From Octopus vulgaris (Eukaryota), in contig OX597814.1 in NCBI GenBank assembly GCA_951406725.2, forward strand, positions 159,712,001-159,776,000: a stretch of 64,000 bases of DNA, read 5' to 3'. Both the position numbers and the translations under genes were made by a program. The notes under the pieces were generated by a model. It was given only the letters and a program-made list of their open reading frames with translations. It ran no database searches and was not told the origin of the DNA. This document shows positions 12,722 to 26,632 of this stretch, piece after piece (the first letter of the stretch is position 1; every line of letters begins with the position of its first letter).

Positions 12722-13277
12722 TTGGGTTGTCCGGAAGGTTCGTGCCGATTTATAGTAGCTTACCTTTTGACTTATTTTAGAACATGTTTGAGTCCATAAA
12801 ATAGGATTTGACTACAACTCCATTTAGAGCACAGTTTAAGCTATCTTTTTGTGGAAGAAGGTTTATGTTCCTATAACCTGTGTTAATTCTGTAACCCTTT
12901 AAAATGGAAGATAACAAAGTTCATTTTCGGCACTTGATGCTTTGGGAACCAGAAAAAAATTGCTGCAGCTCAGCTGGGATGTGTTACCCCACCCTCCATT
13001 TTCACCAGATGTCATTCCTTCGGATTTCCACTTATTCAGGTCTCTACAGAATAGTCTTAATGGTAAAAATTTCAATTCCTTGGATGACGTAAAAAGATAC
13101 CTTGATGAATTCTTTGCCATGAAACCACCTCAATTTTGGGTAGAGGGTTAAAGGAAAGATGGAGACGCATTGTGCAACAAAATGTTTCATATTTGGTTGA
13201 TTGAAAATGTAATGGCAAGTATTTATTGACCTTTTTCGTTCCTTTAAAAATCGGCACGAACTTTCCGGACAGCCCAA
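12722..13277 (+). mobile_element. Internally deleted mariner transposon (556 bp)
   Basis: TIRs TTGGGTTGTCCGGAAGGTTCGTGCCGATTT / AAATCGGCACGAACTTTCCGGACAGCCCAA with TA on both sides. The N-terminus MEDNKVHFRHLML abuts the C-terminus LPHPPFSPDVIPSDFHLFRSLQNSL. Confidence 0.9.
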
Positions 13278-13279
13278 TA

Positions 13280-13680
13280 TATAATGTTACCAATGAAACA
13301 TTCCTGGCGGTTATTATGAAACTGTCGAAAGGAAAATCACCTAGGAGCGACCTGATAGTAGGCTTCTGGCATAAAATGCTTACGTTCTACAGGGAAAATC
13401 TTACGAACCTATTTTTTAAAAAGTGAACGCTGAGCTAGAAATATCAAGAGTCCATGAGAAAGAGAACATTTATGTTGAATTAATGCGGAACTTACAGCTC
13501 TCGTACCCTGACTGTAAATTCTCATTTGTACCTATTGTCATATGTACATTAGGTTATGTACCGACAAATTTACGCAACAAAAAAAGATATAGAGAAATAC
13601 TAATTTTATCGAAGAAAGTGCAAAAGTAACTGACACGGATTCTCCAGATCCAGTTTATTTGCGACAGAGTGAAGATTTAC
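13280..13680 (+). pseudogene. Relic of an R4/Dong-like (RLE-type) non-LTR retrotransposon
   Basis: Fragments KLSKGKSPRSDLIVGFWHKML (pre-RT motif) and EKENIYVELMRNLQ...FVPIVICTLGYVPTNL (RLE C-terminal pattern) joined by a large deletion. Confidence 0.55.
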
Positions 13681-13925
13681 TCTTTTACTCTTTTACTTGT
13701 TTCAGTCATTTGACTGCGGCCATGCTGGAGCACCGCCTTTAGTCAAGCAAATCGACCCCAGGACTTATTCTTTGTAAGCCTAGTGGACGTAAACACACCA
13801 GCATCGGTTGGCAAGCGATGTTGGGGGAACAAACACGGACGCACAAACACACACACACGCATATATACATATATACGACGGGCTTCTTTCAGTTTCCGTC
13901 TACCAAATCCACTCACAAGGCTTTG
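13680..13925 (-). mobile_element. SINE family B, 3' portion
   Basis: TACTTGTTTCAGTCATTTGACTGCGGCCATGCTGGAGCACCGCC...CAAATCCACTCACAAGGCTTT matches the family B tail. Confidence 0.75.
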
Positions 13926-14167
13926 TAAAATATTCCAAGGATTCCTTTAAAGAATCTGAGATGGAGAATCGTTGTGTGCATCGACAGCTCAACCTACACA
14001 CCAACTCAAACACATGTTTACAAACACCGGGAACTCAACTCAAAAAGTCTTGTTTGTTTGCAACCGACTTGAACTCTCTTAAAAAGAACTTAAACTGAAA
14101 GAAAAAGCATAAATGCTTACATACATGCATACATACAGGTACATAGAAAATCTTTGATTCATCTACA

Positions 14168-14214
<47 letters not shown>

Positions 14215-14248
14215 ATGTGTGGGTGTGTGTGTGTGTGTGCGTGTGTGT

Positions 14249-14297
<49 letters not shown>

Positions 14298-17200
14298 TAT
14301 ATATAAGCAAAACATTCTAACACTGAGATTTGAAATCAGATGTCATTACTGTTTATATCATCTGGATATATCATGCCGGCTGTATGAACCAGGAAGCTAT
14401 TTTTTCAACTGCCTGAGGTTCCTGGTTATTCAGTCTTAATGGACCATTACTCTGAACCTAACCGACAATGAGTGGGAAGGGGATATTCAGTATTCTCCTT
14501 GATGGGGTATGATGTTGATATTCCTTCCTCTTTACTATTGTTACATGTTGAAAGATTGGGAATTAATAGCAGTTCTATTTATTAAGTAGCTTCTGCCAGC
14601 TCTTCTTCAGCTGTAAGCTATTTGTACATAGTTCTTGATTGCACAAGAAAACGAAAGGCGAAGCTGATCTCGGATAGATTTGAACTCAGGATATAAAGAG
14701 CTGTCGCAAATATTTCATAGCATATTTTCCGACGCTGTAACGATCCTACCCATAATACTTGCCTTAGTAATGATGAAAGAATTACTCAATAGATAAACTG
14801 TATTTCAAATGGGTAACCGTGAAAAATTGTCGTACAAAAGAAACAAAATCACCCTGGTTAAAACAAGCTTCAATCTTCAAGCTGTTACACTTTTATCACT
14901 TAACCATGAGAGAAAGGAAAATTCTGGTTGATGGAGAATCAATAACTAATATACACTAATAAGACAAATACGGCTATATTTTCTGATGTAATATTTGGAC
15001 AAATTCTTTGAACGATGGGTTCCTACGAACTTCTGTTACTTTGCTAATAACAACATTTGTAACGTACGTTTAATCTAAATAAATCTCATTCTCGTCTGTT
15101 CTATACAAAATATTACTTTGATGGTCAATGAAATTAAATGTTACATTGAAAATTACTTCTTTGTCAACATGCGAGCAGCTCTATGATTGTCGGACATGCT
15201 AAAAATAGTAGTCAAACATTTCTCAGACTTGTCCTTACCGTCTTGAATAGACGTGATGATACAGTGAATAATGTAATTTTAGCTGCATTATCTCTGAAAC
15301 TAGGTGGTATTGTTATAGCTGGAACACTTTTGATCAAAGGTTTTCAACTCAAAGTTAATGTCTAGAGCTAAATAGCAACAGCACTTTCCTAAATCTTAAA
15401 CTTAAAAACATTTCTCATGAACAGACTCTACTGATTGTCTCTTATTTCCTCGACTGGTTTGAAGAATTTACCTTAATTCTTCGAACGAATGACATACTTA
15501 GGTTAACATGAAAGTCTACTAAAGTTTGCTTATCAATGTTGTCAGCTATAATCTTTCGTTTAGGAATGCATGTTTACATAAAAATATCATACGTAAAACT
15601 GCAAAATATCATTCATTAACTGAATCTCTGGTTTCAAATTTTGGCACAAGGCCAGCAAGTTCGGAGGGGGGTAAGTCGATTACATTGACTTCACTTCTCA
15701 ATTGGTACTTATTTTAACAACCCCGAAAGGATGAAAAGCAAAGTCGTCAGCGGCAGAATTCGAAATCAGAACGTAGAAACAGACGAAATGCAGCTAAGTA
15801 TTTTGCCAGACGTGCTAACGATTCTGCCAGCTCGCCGCCTAACTGAGTTTAATATTGACCAATATTATCCAACAAAGGGTGATTTTACTTTTCATTCCCG
15901 CTTTCACTCGGGAATGTGATAAAATAAGTTATTTTATCTACCCTAGGTACTAGGGTAGATTTAAACGACTATGCCCGCTGCTAAAGTGTGAAGGGTTGTG
16001 CTGTGATAAATAATGACTATCTTCTAAATACGTACAAAGTTATACCTTTGCATATCATCACTATTTGATGTTGGCAATTTATGTTTCCCGTCCATAATCT
16101 TTTAACAATATTTGTTCAATCACTAAGGCAGCGATGAGGCAGAATCGTCTCCGCACCGGGGAAAATGCTTAGCGGCATTTCTTCCGACTTTACGTTATAA
16201 GTTCAAATGCTGCCGGGGTCGACATTGTCTTTCATCTTTTCAGGATCCATAAAATAAGTACAAGTTGAACACTGGAACCGATTTAATAAACTTACCCACC
16301 TCTCATGAGGTTGCTGGCCTTGTTCCACAATTTGAAATCAATATTTCTGCAATGATTTGTTGATAGAAATATATTTTCTGTTTCATATGTTTCGGTATTT
16401 GATTATGCTTGCATCAAGCACCAAAATATATTTGGCAATCAAGTATTTCAATCTCAGTAAGGATGGACTTCTTCAGAAGATTTTTAGAAATGATTCTTCT
16501 TTAACGTGCGGAAATCTGCACTATGAAGAAGGAGGTTCAAGATCGCTTTGATGATCGCACCAGACTTCTCATGGGGGATCAAATCACATGGTATGAGCAC
16601 AGGATTTAAGAATAGAAAAGATTTACTGGTATCTTTTTTATAAACTTAAACCTCATAGCGATCACCGTGCAAATGACTATGGAAAATAGTCTAATAATGA
16701 GGCATATAAGCCCCCGACAGAAAGAAAAACTATATTAGTTGTTTTTGTAAACAGACTTTAAATGCTTTCGGTGCGAATGGTTTTGTTAAAAGATTTATTG
16801 ACACATTCCAGCCACGTGTGCTACTGTTGCTCAATGCAGATTAAGCTTTACTGGTCACTGCTACCATACTGAAAACTACATCATTTTAAATGATATTTTG
16901 GAGACTTTCACACTGTAAAAGAGAATGAAAATTACTCAACTATATTGATATTGACAGAGATACATAACATGAAACTGAGAACCTACAAAAGCTAATAAGA
17001 CAGAGATTCCTGGCACAGTGTGGTGAAACCTATCTCAATTTCAGCATCAAGAAATTATTTTTTATTCATTTATAAAGTAGTAAAGTGGGAGAAACAGTGA
17101 GGAACTATATTAGGGCGTCTTTCAGTATTTAGTCTCTGTGATCCAACTTCAATCTTGTCCAGGCCGATACGAACTTTTATCCCTCCCCAGAATCTATAAA

Positions 17201-17807
17201 ATATATACTTGTTACATAAACGTATCATTCCTCTATACTCCCCCCGATTAATTAGTAGTCTTGTATTAATATAACAACTAATTATCTATGTATTCAGCTT
17301 TATAGATGTCCTTGATTAATTTAAGTTACGAGAGAAATGAAATCATTCAAGCCATCCCCGGGTGATAAAGTAAACTTTCAACGAACGAAGTGGACTATTG
17401 CCTGATTGAGCATTACTTACTCTCTAGCCTTTGGCTACCTTTTGCAGAGTCCACTCTTTTGCAAACGTTTGAGCTATGTCTCCGGTCTGATTAAGCCATT
17501 AAAAGACAAATAAGTAAATGAATAAATAACCGACATTCCTGATATAAAAAGGTACGCTAATTTTAATCAAATAACTCATTATATTGCTTAATGTTATGGA
17601 GGGCTGATGCACTTAGTTTTGTAGTTAATAGCAGTTACTTTTATTCTCTTCATTTTCTTCCTATATATAAATAATCTCTCACAGACGCACACTCTCTATC
17701 ACAGACACATACATACGTACATACGTAATACATACATACATACATACATGCATACATACATACATATAGACATACATACGTACGTACGTAACGTACATGT
17801 ATATATG

Positions 17808-17865
<58 letters not shown>

Positions 17866-17980
17866 TATATGTATATATATGTATACATATATATACATAT
17901 ATATATGTATATATATGTATATATATATACATATATATATCTATATATATATACATATGTATATATATGTATATATATAC

Positions 17981-18012
<32 letters not shown>

Positions 18013-18025
18013 GCATATATATATT

Positions 18026-18061
<36 letters not shown>

Positions 18062-18468
18062 CATACATACATACATACATACATACATACATACATACGC
18101 ATCTACAATTACACGCGCGCACACACACATACATTATTTATTTATACTAATTTTTGTTATAAATTAACCTTTTCCAGAAACAATTTCCATTACCTCTACT
18201 ATGTCACGACTTATCTTATGCCAATAACAAGAGGGACAGGCGATATGTACATCTTACAAAACCACTTTCAATAATACATAATAATTATCAAACTTAACTA
18301 TTAAGTCCACTTCCCAAATAAAACATAACTTTTAATATCCCGCTAAGAATAAACAATATTAATTTATAGAAGCACATTAAACTTACTTTATTAGCTATAT
18401 TATGACTTAATATAACTTACAAAAAGTTTACTAGTTTTTTTAATTCTTAAAATATAAACTGACGACAG

Positions 18469-18509
<41 letters not shown>

Positions 18510-18510
<1 letters not shown>

Positions 18511-19224
18511 TTGGAAATGGATGCGTGGTGTTCGATCATATAATGATATAAATATATATGCATATATACTTGCATATATATACATACTTACATATATATG
18601 TATATATGTATGAAAACGTGAACAAAATGAAAAACGAGACCATAAAAAACAACAAAAGCATGGAAAACGAACTTTTTTCGGACAACGAAAGAAACAAATA
18701 GAGAAACGAGACAGGCAGCATAAAGAATAATATCTTCATCAGTTGCCCTTGCTTTATCTACTCCGTGTTTCGGTGGTAAGGACAAGACGCGAATCGTTAA
18801 AAAAGTCCTTCCCTCAAAGCAAATTAAATAAAATTTGGGATTTTTGCGGAGGGTTAAAGTGGTAACAAAAATAGGTCAGTAAGAACAAAACAGCAAAAAC
18901 AAACGGTGAGGGCTGTTAAGCCATAACGAGTTGAAGTGGTGAACGCTGGAGAAAGGAGCTGTGAGAAGAGACAGGCAAAAGTAGGTCTTATCACTTGTAA
19001 AGCAAGAGGAAAAAAGAACGATAGCCGCTGGTCACGTGTGAGCAATGAGAGAGTCAAGGGGGAAGAGTGAGGGAGGGAGAGGGAAAGAAAGAGAACGGTG
19101 AAGGGGGAAGGAGAAGAAAAACAGAAAGAAAGAATAAGCGAAGGGAGAATAGAGAGGGTAGAGTGAATTAAGATAAAACTTACTTGGAAATGGATGCGTG
19201 ACGCTCGATCATATAATAATATGA

Positions 19225-19225
<1 letters not shown>
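18510..19225 (-). mobile_element. ~680-bp non-coding Penelope-like/retrozyme-like unit, copy 1, with terminal direct repeat
   Basis: TTGGAAATGGATGCGTG..TCGATCATATAAT occurs at both 18511 and 19185. The unit is homologous, in inverted orientation, to 20664-21373. Confidence 0.6.
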
Positions 19226-19274
<49 letters not shown>

Positions 19275-19290
19275 TTTATACATACATATA

Positions 19291-20569
19291 CACAGACATG
19301 CAGGAAGTAATCAGACACCTTTAATTTTCAAAATCTTTTATTTAATACGCAAAGCAAACAATTGAAATCTAATCGATAGGTAGGACTACATACTTTAGTA
19401 TTTAGTTGACATTCCCTTTGCAGTTTTTAATTGAGAAACTCTTTTTGGCATTGAACTGATGAGCTTTGTGATTGTCTCTTGTGGAATTTCTGTCCACTTT
19501 TCACGCAACAATCGAAACAGTTCATCTTCAGATTTAGGTTTCTGTCGAGTTTTTCGCATAGCTCAATTTAGTATGCTCCTAAGATTTTCAACTGGCTTCA
19601 TGTCAGGAGATTGGCTCGACCAAGGAAGCTTTTTGATCGCATTTTCAGTTAGCCATTGTTGATTCCTTTTCGCTTTGTGGCATGGAGCCCCATCTTCCTT
19701 GAATAAAAACTCATTTTTCGTTATGTTATTGTGTGAATACATCGGAAGTAGTCCTTGCTTAAGTATTTCGATGTAGTTTTCAGAGTTTATGGTTCCAACA
19801 CATTCGATTAGCTCAGAATGACCATTGCTAGTGACAGCTCCCCATACCTTTACAGAGATACCGCCAGGTTTCACAGTTGGTTGGAGTCGTTTCAAATCAA
19901 ATTCTTGACTGGGAAGCCTCCAGCCCCAAACATGCCCACTCTCTGAAAATAATGCAAATCTGGATTCATCTGAGAAAATCACTCTATCCCAAAATGAACT
20001 GGATTTTTATGACATCTCCTTAGCCCATTTCTTTCTTTTCATGATATTAATTGGTTGAAGGAGAAGTTTTCTTCTAGCTGCTCATCCATAATACCCAAGC
20101 TTATGCAGATATGTAACACACATTCTTGGACAAACTTCTATCTGTTTTGCAATGTCAGAAGCCTTCGAACGGGGGTTCGTTTTCCACAATTCTCTTCAAA
20201 CAGCGAAGCTTCCTTTCCGAGGGCCCAGGTCGGCTGGGACGAGAATCTGTTGATTCTTTTCCTTGGCTTTTGAATTGCACTACAATTCTGTTAACAGTAG
20301 CAAGAGGATTTTGAAGATTTTCGGCAATTTTTCGCTGGCTAAAACCAGCCTCAGATTGACCAACAATGCGACCTCTTTGAAAATCTGACAGTTCTGCTGA
20401 ATTATTTGTGCGTGGCACGGTTACTCTTCGCAAATGTTTAATATAATGGCACCTGGAATGAAAAAAGAATAATTACATTGTAAATTCTACACCGCTGAAA
20501 ACATACTGACACACTTAGATCAGAAATTTGGAAAACTAAAGGTGTCCATTTACTTCCTGCATGTCGGTG
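19291..20569 (-). mobile_element. Full-length Tc1-family (DD34E-type) transposon with frameshifted transposase
   Basis: TIRs CACAGACATGCAGGAAGTAA..GACACCTTTA / TAAAGGTGTC..TTACTTCCTGCATGTCGGTG, TA on both sides. Transposase pieces [12 protein letters not shown] (HTH), FSDESRF, VWGAVT, EDGAPCH and SPDMKPVENL. Confidence 0.92.
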
Positions 20570-20663
20570 TATGTACATACCTATGTATAAATGTATATAT
20601 ACATGCATATATGGATATATGGATAAAAAAAACGTAAACAAAAGGAAAAATGTATGTACATAT

Positions 20664-21373
20664 GTTCGTTTTCCATGTTTTTCTTGTTTTATCATGTTCT
20701 CGTTTTTCATTTTGTTCACGTATTATTTGACGTTCTGTGCCCATATATGCATGTATATATACATATATATGTAGGTATGTACATATATGTATGTATATAT
20801 GCATATTTATATTATTTATATTATTAAATGATCAAAGACCATGCATCCATTTCCAAGTGTGTTTTATCTTAATAATTCAGATGCGTACTCTACACTCTCT
20901 ATTCTCCCTTCGCTTCTTCTTCTTTCTTTCTATTTTTCTTCTCCTTCCCCTTCACCGTTCCCTTTCTCTCCCTCCCTCTTCCCCTTGACTCTCTCGTTGC
21001 TCACACGTGACCAGCGGCTATCGTTCTTTGTTCCTCTTGCTTTACAAGAAATAAGACCTACCTTTGCCTGTCTCTTCTCACAGCTCTTTTCTCCAGCGTT
21101 CACCACTTCACCTCGTTATGGCTTAACAGCCCCCACCGTTTGTTTTAACTGTTTTGTTCTTACTGTCCTGTTTTTGTTACCACTTTAACCCTCCGCAAAA
21201 ATCCCAAATTTTATTTAATTTGCTTTAAGGGAAGGACTGCTTTCTCCGAAGTCGCGTCTTGTCCTAACCTTCGAAAGCGGAGTAGATAAAACAAGGGACA
21301 ACTGACGAAGGGATTGTTCTTTATGTTGCCGGTCTCGTTTCTCTATTTGTTTCTTTCGTTGTCCGGAAAAAGT
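20664..21373 (+). mobile_element. ~700-bp Penelope-like/retrozyme-like unit, copy 2 (inverted and circularly permuted relative to copy 1)
   Basis: Same blocks as 18510-19225 on the opposite strand but opened at a different point. Contains CTGACGA and a TTGTCC/GGACAA stem. Confidence 0.6.
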
Positions 21374-21694
21374 AATGGTAGTAAAAAATTAAAAATATAA
21401 CATAATGACTGGTTTAATGTGAAGGTTTGAATAATACTTTATAAACTAGTCAAGCGAAGGAAAGGAGATTGGTGAGGGGTAGAGAACATTATCTTTGCAG
21501 ATTCTCCCAGACTGGTGACATTGATGTGGTTGATATTCAGTTTGAACATATATCCACTATTTTTTTCTGCAGGAAAGGAACCTCAAGCAAAGTGAATGGC
21601 TCAGGTGTGTAGTTTGAATGCTTGCAGACAAGTTAATTAAGCTAAAGTCATCAAAGAACCAAGTATTGATGTTAAACTGGAAGCAAAAAGTAAG

Positions 21695-22155
21695 CGGGCA
21701 TGGCTGTGTGATTGAGAATCTCGCTTTGCGACCACATGATTAAGGCTTCGATCCCACTGCTTGGCACCTTGGGCAAGTGTCTTCTACTATAGCCTCGGAC
21801 TGGCCAATGCCTTCTGAGTGGATTTGGTAGACGGAAACTGAGAAAGCCTGTCCTGTATATGTGTGGGTGTGTGTGCATGCATGCGTGTACGAATGTGTGT
21901 GTGCGTGCATGTGTATACGAATGTGTGTGCATGTGTGCGTTTCTGTGTCATTGTTTTTGTGTTTTCCCTTCCCCACCACGGGACAACCATTGTTTAGATC
22001 TCCGTAATAAGTACCAAGTCTCTTTAAAAGATCTACAGAATAAGTACCAAACTTTAAAAAGTTAAGTACTGGGGTTGATTTATTAAAAATAAATAAATAA
22101 ATAAAAACTCCTTCCAAGCTGTGCACATAGCCGTAGTCCAATGACTGAAACATGT
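21695..22155 (+). mobile_element. SINE family B copy
   Basis: GGCATGGCTGTGTG...GGCACCTTGGGCAAGTGTCTTCTACTATAGCC...GGATTTGGTAGACGGAAACTG...AATGACTGAAACA. Confidence 0.75.
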
Positions 22156-23281
22156 GGCATAAGAAAGAAGAAAACAGATAGTTTCAGAGACATGTGCCTT
22201 TCTTTGAAGAAAGTAGGAAAAGAGAAAAATGTAATTTTCTTGACAGCCAAAATTGATGCATTCTAACAAGTGTTTAGCGAATTTAGGTGAGGAAGGGCAC
22301 ACTAAGAACAGTACAAGTCAATGTACACCTGACTCCAAGAAACACAATACAGAGAGACATTCCATCTTACCGCTAAATGACACATATTGAATTACACATA
22401 AACTTGTAGCCAATAAGAAATTAAACACTATAAATATAAATAGTTCCAAACAACTGAATTCTTAAATTAAAATATTTGCAGATTTAATTAAAGACTTGAA
22501 ATATATAAAAAGAAAATAATCTATTTCTGAAAATCAATTTTTCAGATGTAGTTTCAAGATGTTAGTATTTTCTTCTAAGTTGGCTGTGATGAATATTGCA
22601 AATGCTGGGTTCAATTATCTAGCCAATAACAGAAGAAATGTTGATTTACATACACTAAGTGGCTATTTTTATTAATTTCTCCACCCTTTGATTAAGGCGA
22701 ATAATTATAAAATGACAACTGAAGGTTAATGTTGAAACATAAGCATACACACATGCACACAGACGTGCGCACGCTCACACACAGACGCACACACACTCGC
22801 ACACACACACACACATACATACAACACACACTTATATATGTAGGTATGTACATGTATCCTTTTATGTATGACTGTATGTATGTATATGTGTATACACACA
22901 CACATACACACACATGCACACACATACACACACATATATATATATACATACATATATATGTATACATGTACATGCATACTCACGCACACACACACACACG
23001 TACGCACGTACACATATGCATAGAGAGAGAGAGTGGGATGAAGAAAGAAGGAAGGAGAGAGAAAGAGCGAGACCTTTTTATCTTTTTTCTTGTTTGTTAA
23101 TGCGATGAGTGGTGTCAACCTAGCTTATACACGTATTTATTTATAATGATTTATGTATTGCTGAAGTTGATCCGATAAATAATGTCAACTGCTTAATCTA
23201 TAACGCTGTACACACAAACATACACAGACACACTCACACACATAATATCTGTATGTTTGTGTGTGCGTGGACACACACACA

Positions 23282-24348
23282 CGAGGGTTGTGTACCGAAA
23301 GTAATGCAATCGTGAGCATAACTTTGTTATTAAGTGATGTTGGCCGTTAAGATAGCGTAACTCTCTTTCCTATTCTTCTTCATTACTGGCACAAAATTGG
23401 TGCTAATGTCAGACAAAGTGCCGTCACTTAGTTCTTGATGAAGGAGAGGTGAAGGCTGTCCGACATACCTAGAAATCTACAAGTTGTTTACGGACATGAC
23501 ACCATCGACAAAAGCAATGTCCACCGATGAGTAAGGAAGGTTTAACATGAGGAAAACCATGCAGTGTTGCACCATCAGCTGCAGCCAGTGACACGAATCA
23601 CCAGCGAGTGGACGAGCTGATTCGCATGGTTAGACGAGTTACAATCTGTGGGCTTGCTGAGCAACTGTCATAATACTCTGGGTATCGGAAATGTGTGTAA
23701 AGTGGTTATGAAACGCAGGAGTATCCTTACTACTGGGAAGTAAAAGCGCCATGGAATGACGTCGAACTTGTTATCTAAGGCGTAAGAAGTTCAAGAGTCA
23801 GCGATCGGCACAAAAAAGTCATGATGGCTGTTTGATGGGAGTAACAAGGGTGTCATTCTTGATTTTCAGGAATATCGTTGTATTGGGAACAACAATCAGT
23901 ACACTAAGATACTCAAAAAGCTGAAACCGTTAGGGAGAAGATGCCAAGCAAGTATCTGAAAAGGATTCATATTCACCACGACAATGTGCAACATACACAT
24001 CTTTAATAAAAAAGATCGGGCAATCAGCGACTGTGGGGAAGTCTATGTATAATCCAGGTCTGACGCCCGCCGACTTTCACCTGTTTGGTACAATGAAGGA
24101 TAATTTTCAGAGATAGCGATTTTTTGACAGAGACAAAGTGAAAGGGACTGTGAAGAAGTGGGTACAATAGGGTACACCTAAATTTTTTCAAAGACTATTC
24201 GTGAGTTGGGTTCGACAACGTCGGAAATGTTTCACTTGTAATGGAGATGTTGAATAGTACATCTACTAACAATTTAGACAATTTGAATAACCAATGATTC
24301 TAGAAAAGATTTTGCCCGATTTTGTATTTACTTTCGTTATAACCTTCG
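23282..24348 (+). mobile_element. Old decayed mariner transposon
   Basis: Degenerate TIRs CGAGGGTTG..CCGAAAGTAATGCAA / TTGTATTTACTTTCG..TAACCTTCG. Remnant motifs HHDN and LTPADFHLFGTMK. Confidence 0.7.
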
Positions 24349-25394
24349 CGGGGGTGTGTGCTCATGATATTTTTTCCCGACGTTTTGTACTCCGAATTCA
24401 AATTCCGTTGACGTCAACTTTGCCTTTTACTCTTTGGGGTCAAATAAAGCTCACCAGTCTGGGGCAGTGCAATGGGGGATCTGTTTGAAGGTCAGGCAAA
24501 ATGGAAACTGGATTAATGATAATTGTTATTAAACATATATTTGTAGTTAAAATTGAAATTATTGGAAACTATTAAACATTTTCACAAGGTAGAATACCCT
24601 GAAAGCAGTTATTTTTCAACTATCAATCTGTATGTATACACAAAAATATTTTCTATTCTCTCGATTCCTAATTTATTAAAGTCCTACGGAGAAGAAAAAG
24701 AGAGCCATTTCATGACTTTCTCCCAGACCGTTATTATTTCCATCTTAAGGAAATTTCTCATTTCATAAAATCTTTAATAGTCACGGGTTAAGACGTGCTA
24801 AGGAACTCTAAAATAGAATGAAATAGTGCTGTACATGATTACCAGTAACTAGAAACGTTAAGAAATTTATATTAAGTAATCAAAAAAATTATAGACATGT
24901 GAATTCTATGCGTATTTTTTACTATAAATTTCTAAACCAGCTTCATATTATGGCGAGATTATTATCTCCCTTGCAATAGCTGCAACCGTTAAAGGAGCTA
25001 ACATGAGTCAGATTAATATAATTTGTCCGTTCTAAGATCATTAACAGCTTCACAGGGCGCAGGTAATTTATTATTAATATTTTCAGCAGCCATACAATAA
25101 TATTTCATTTCTCTCAAACCTCTCAGTAAGTAAAACATTGAGAAATATTCTTCCAGAAAACACCGAGATTCACAGACGTATGCTGCACGGGTGCTTTAAT
25201 TCTGTCATTTAATTACTGTCATTCTGAACCACCATCTTCAAGAGATTTTGAATCTATTATATGAGCCTTACTACTTTATCTGGTACTGTTTCATCTTTCT
25301 ATCGAAAGCGAAATACGAAATGGTCCGAACATAAAGAGGGGTAATAAAAATGAAAATTAAATAACGGGTATTTTTATTACCAATGCAGATTCTA

Positions 25395-25431
<37 letters not shown>

Positions 25432-25440
25432 CATATATAT

Positions 25441-26050
25441 TAGGTCGTCAAGTATGAAATTTGTAGTAAGGTATATGGTAAATTTTAACAGCTGCTCATT
25501 TTGTGCCATTATATTTTGACAATTTTTATTTTTTTTTTTTAGAAAGCTGACGCATCTATTTCTTTATTCTAACTCATTTTGCGCTTTATAAAGTATATAT
25601 AAATCGTCTTTTGCTACTTTTGTTCAGAGATGGATAAGTCGGAAATTCGTACAATTTTAAAATATGAGTTCTTTCTTGGAAATACAGCATCACAGACAGC
25701 TCGGAATATTAATGGAATATTTATTCTAATGTTATTGCACAGCAAACAGTATGAAATTGGTTTGCAAAATTTCGTTCTGGTAAATTTGACTTCACAAATG
25801 AGCAACGCGGTCGACCAGAAACAAAAGTGGATAATGACGAACTGAAAGCCACTGTCGAGTCAGATCCATCACAAAGTGACCGTGAATCATCTTCGTTGTT
25901 TGGTGTTATCAAGCAAACAATATTGGCTCACCTCGTAAAGTGAAAAAGTTGGATAAGTAGGTTCCACATGAACTCGATAAAACTCAGAAACAGCAACGTT
26001 TGGAAGCCGCATTGTGCTACTTTCTCGTCACAAAAATGAATCATTTTTGA
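25441..26050 (+). mobile_element. 5' fragment of a mariner transposon
   Basis: MDKSEIRTILKYEF..GNTASQTARNIN, WFAKFRSGKFDF, RGRPETKVDNDELKA and a VPHEL remnant; TTAGGT after TA at the 5' end. Confidence 0.75.
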
Positions 26051-26151
26051 AGTCTTTTCTCTAACAATAACATTAAGCAGAAGCTACAATCAATGTCAGA
26101 ACTGCTGTCTTTATTTGGAGAATTTATTTAATTTATCTTATATACAGTATT

Positions 26152-26482
26152 GGCGCATGGCTCAGTGGTTAGAGCGTCGAGCTTACGATCGTGAGGTTGT
26201 GAGCTCGAATCCCGGACCGGGCTGCGTGTTGTGTTCTTGAGCAAAGCACTTTATTTCACGTTGCTCCAGTTTACTCAGCTGTAGATATGAGTTGCGACGT
26301 CACTGGTGCCAAACTGTATCGATCTTTGTCTTTCCCTTGGATAACACTGGTGGCGTGGAGAGGGGAGGCTGGTATGCATGGGCGACTGCTGGTCTTCCAT
26401 AAACAACCTTGCCCAGACTTGTGTCTAGGAGGGTAACTTTCTAGGTGCAATCCCATGGTCATTCATGACCGAAGGGGGTCTT
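26152..26482 (+). mobile_element. tRNA-derived SINE family C
   Basis: GGCGCATGGCTCAGTGGTTAGAGCG...GAGCTCGAATCCCGG (A/B boxes) followed by TGTGTTCTTGAGCAAAGCACTTTAT body. A related minus-strand head lies at ~62850-62935. Confidence 0.8.
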
Positions 26483-26569
26483 TACAGTATTGGATCCTCT
26501 AATTTTGCTACTATTACCGTTTGTTAAAATACCGAATCGAGAATAACAACTATTTATTTATAAATACGT

Positions 26570-26632
26570 TACTATAAATACTTTTACTATAAATACGTTA
26601 CTATAAATACGTTACTATAAATACTTTTATAT
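26570..26632. repeat. 14-bp minisatellite (TATAAATACGTTAC), ~5 copies
   Basis: Directly visible tandem units with GT/TT variants. Confidence 0.8.

Noticed and set aside
18510-21373. Composite transposon with ~700-bp TIRs
   Set aside because: The Tc1 has its own TIRs and TA flanks (19291-20569), and the outer repeats are diverged and permuted rather than mirror-ended.
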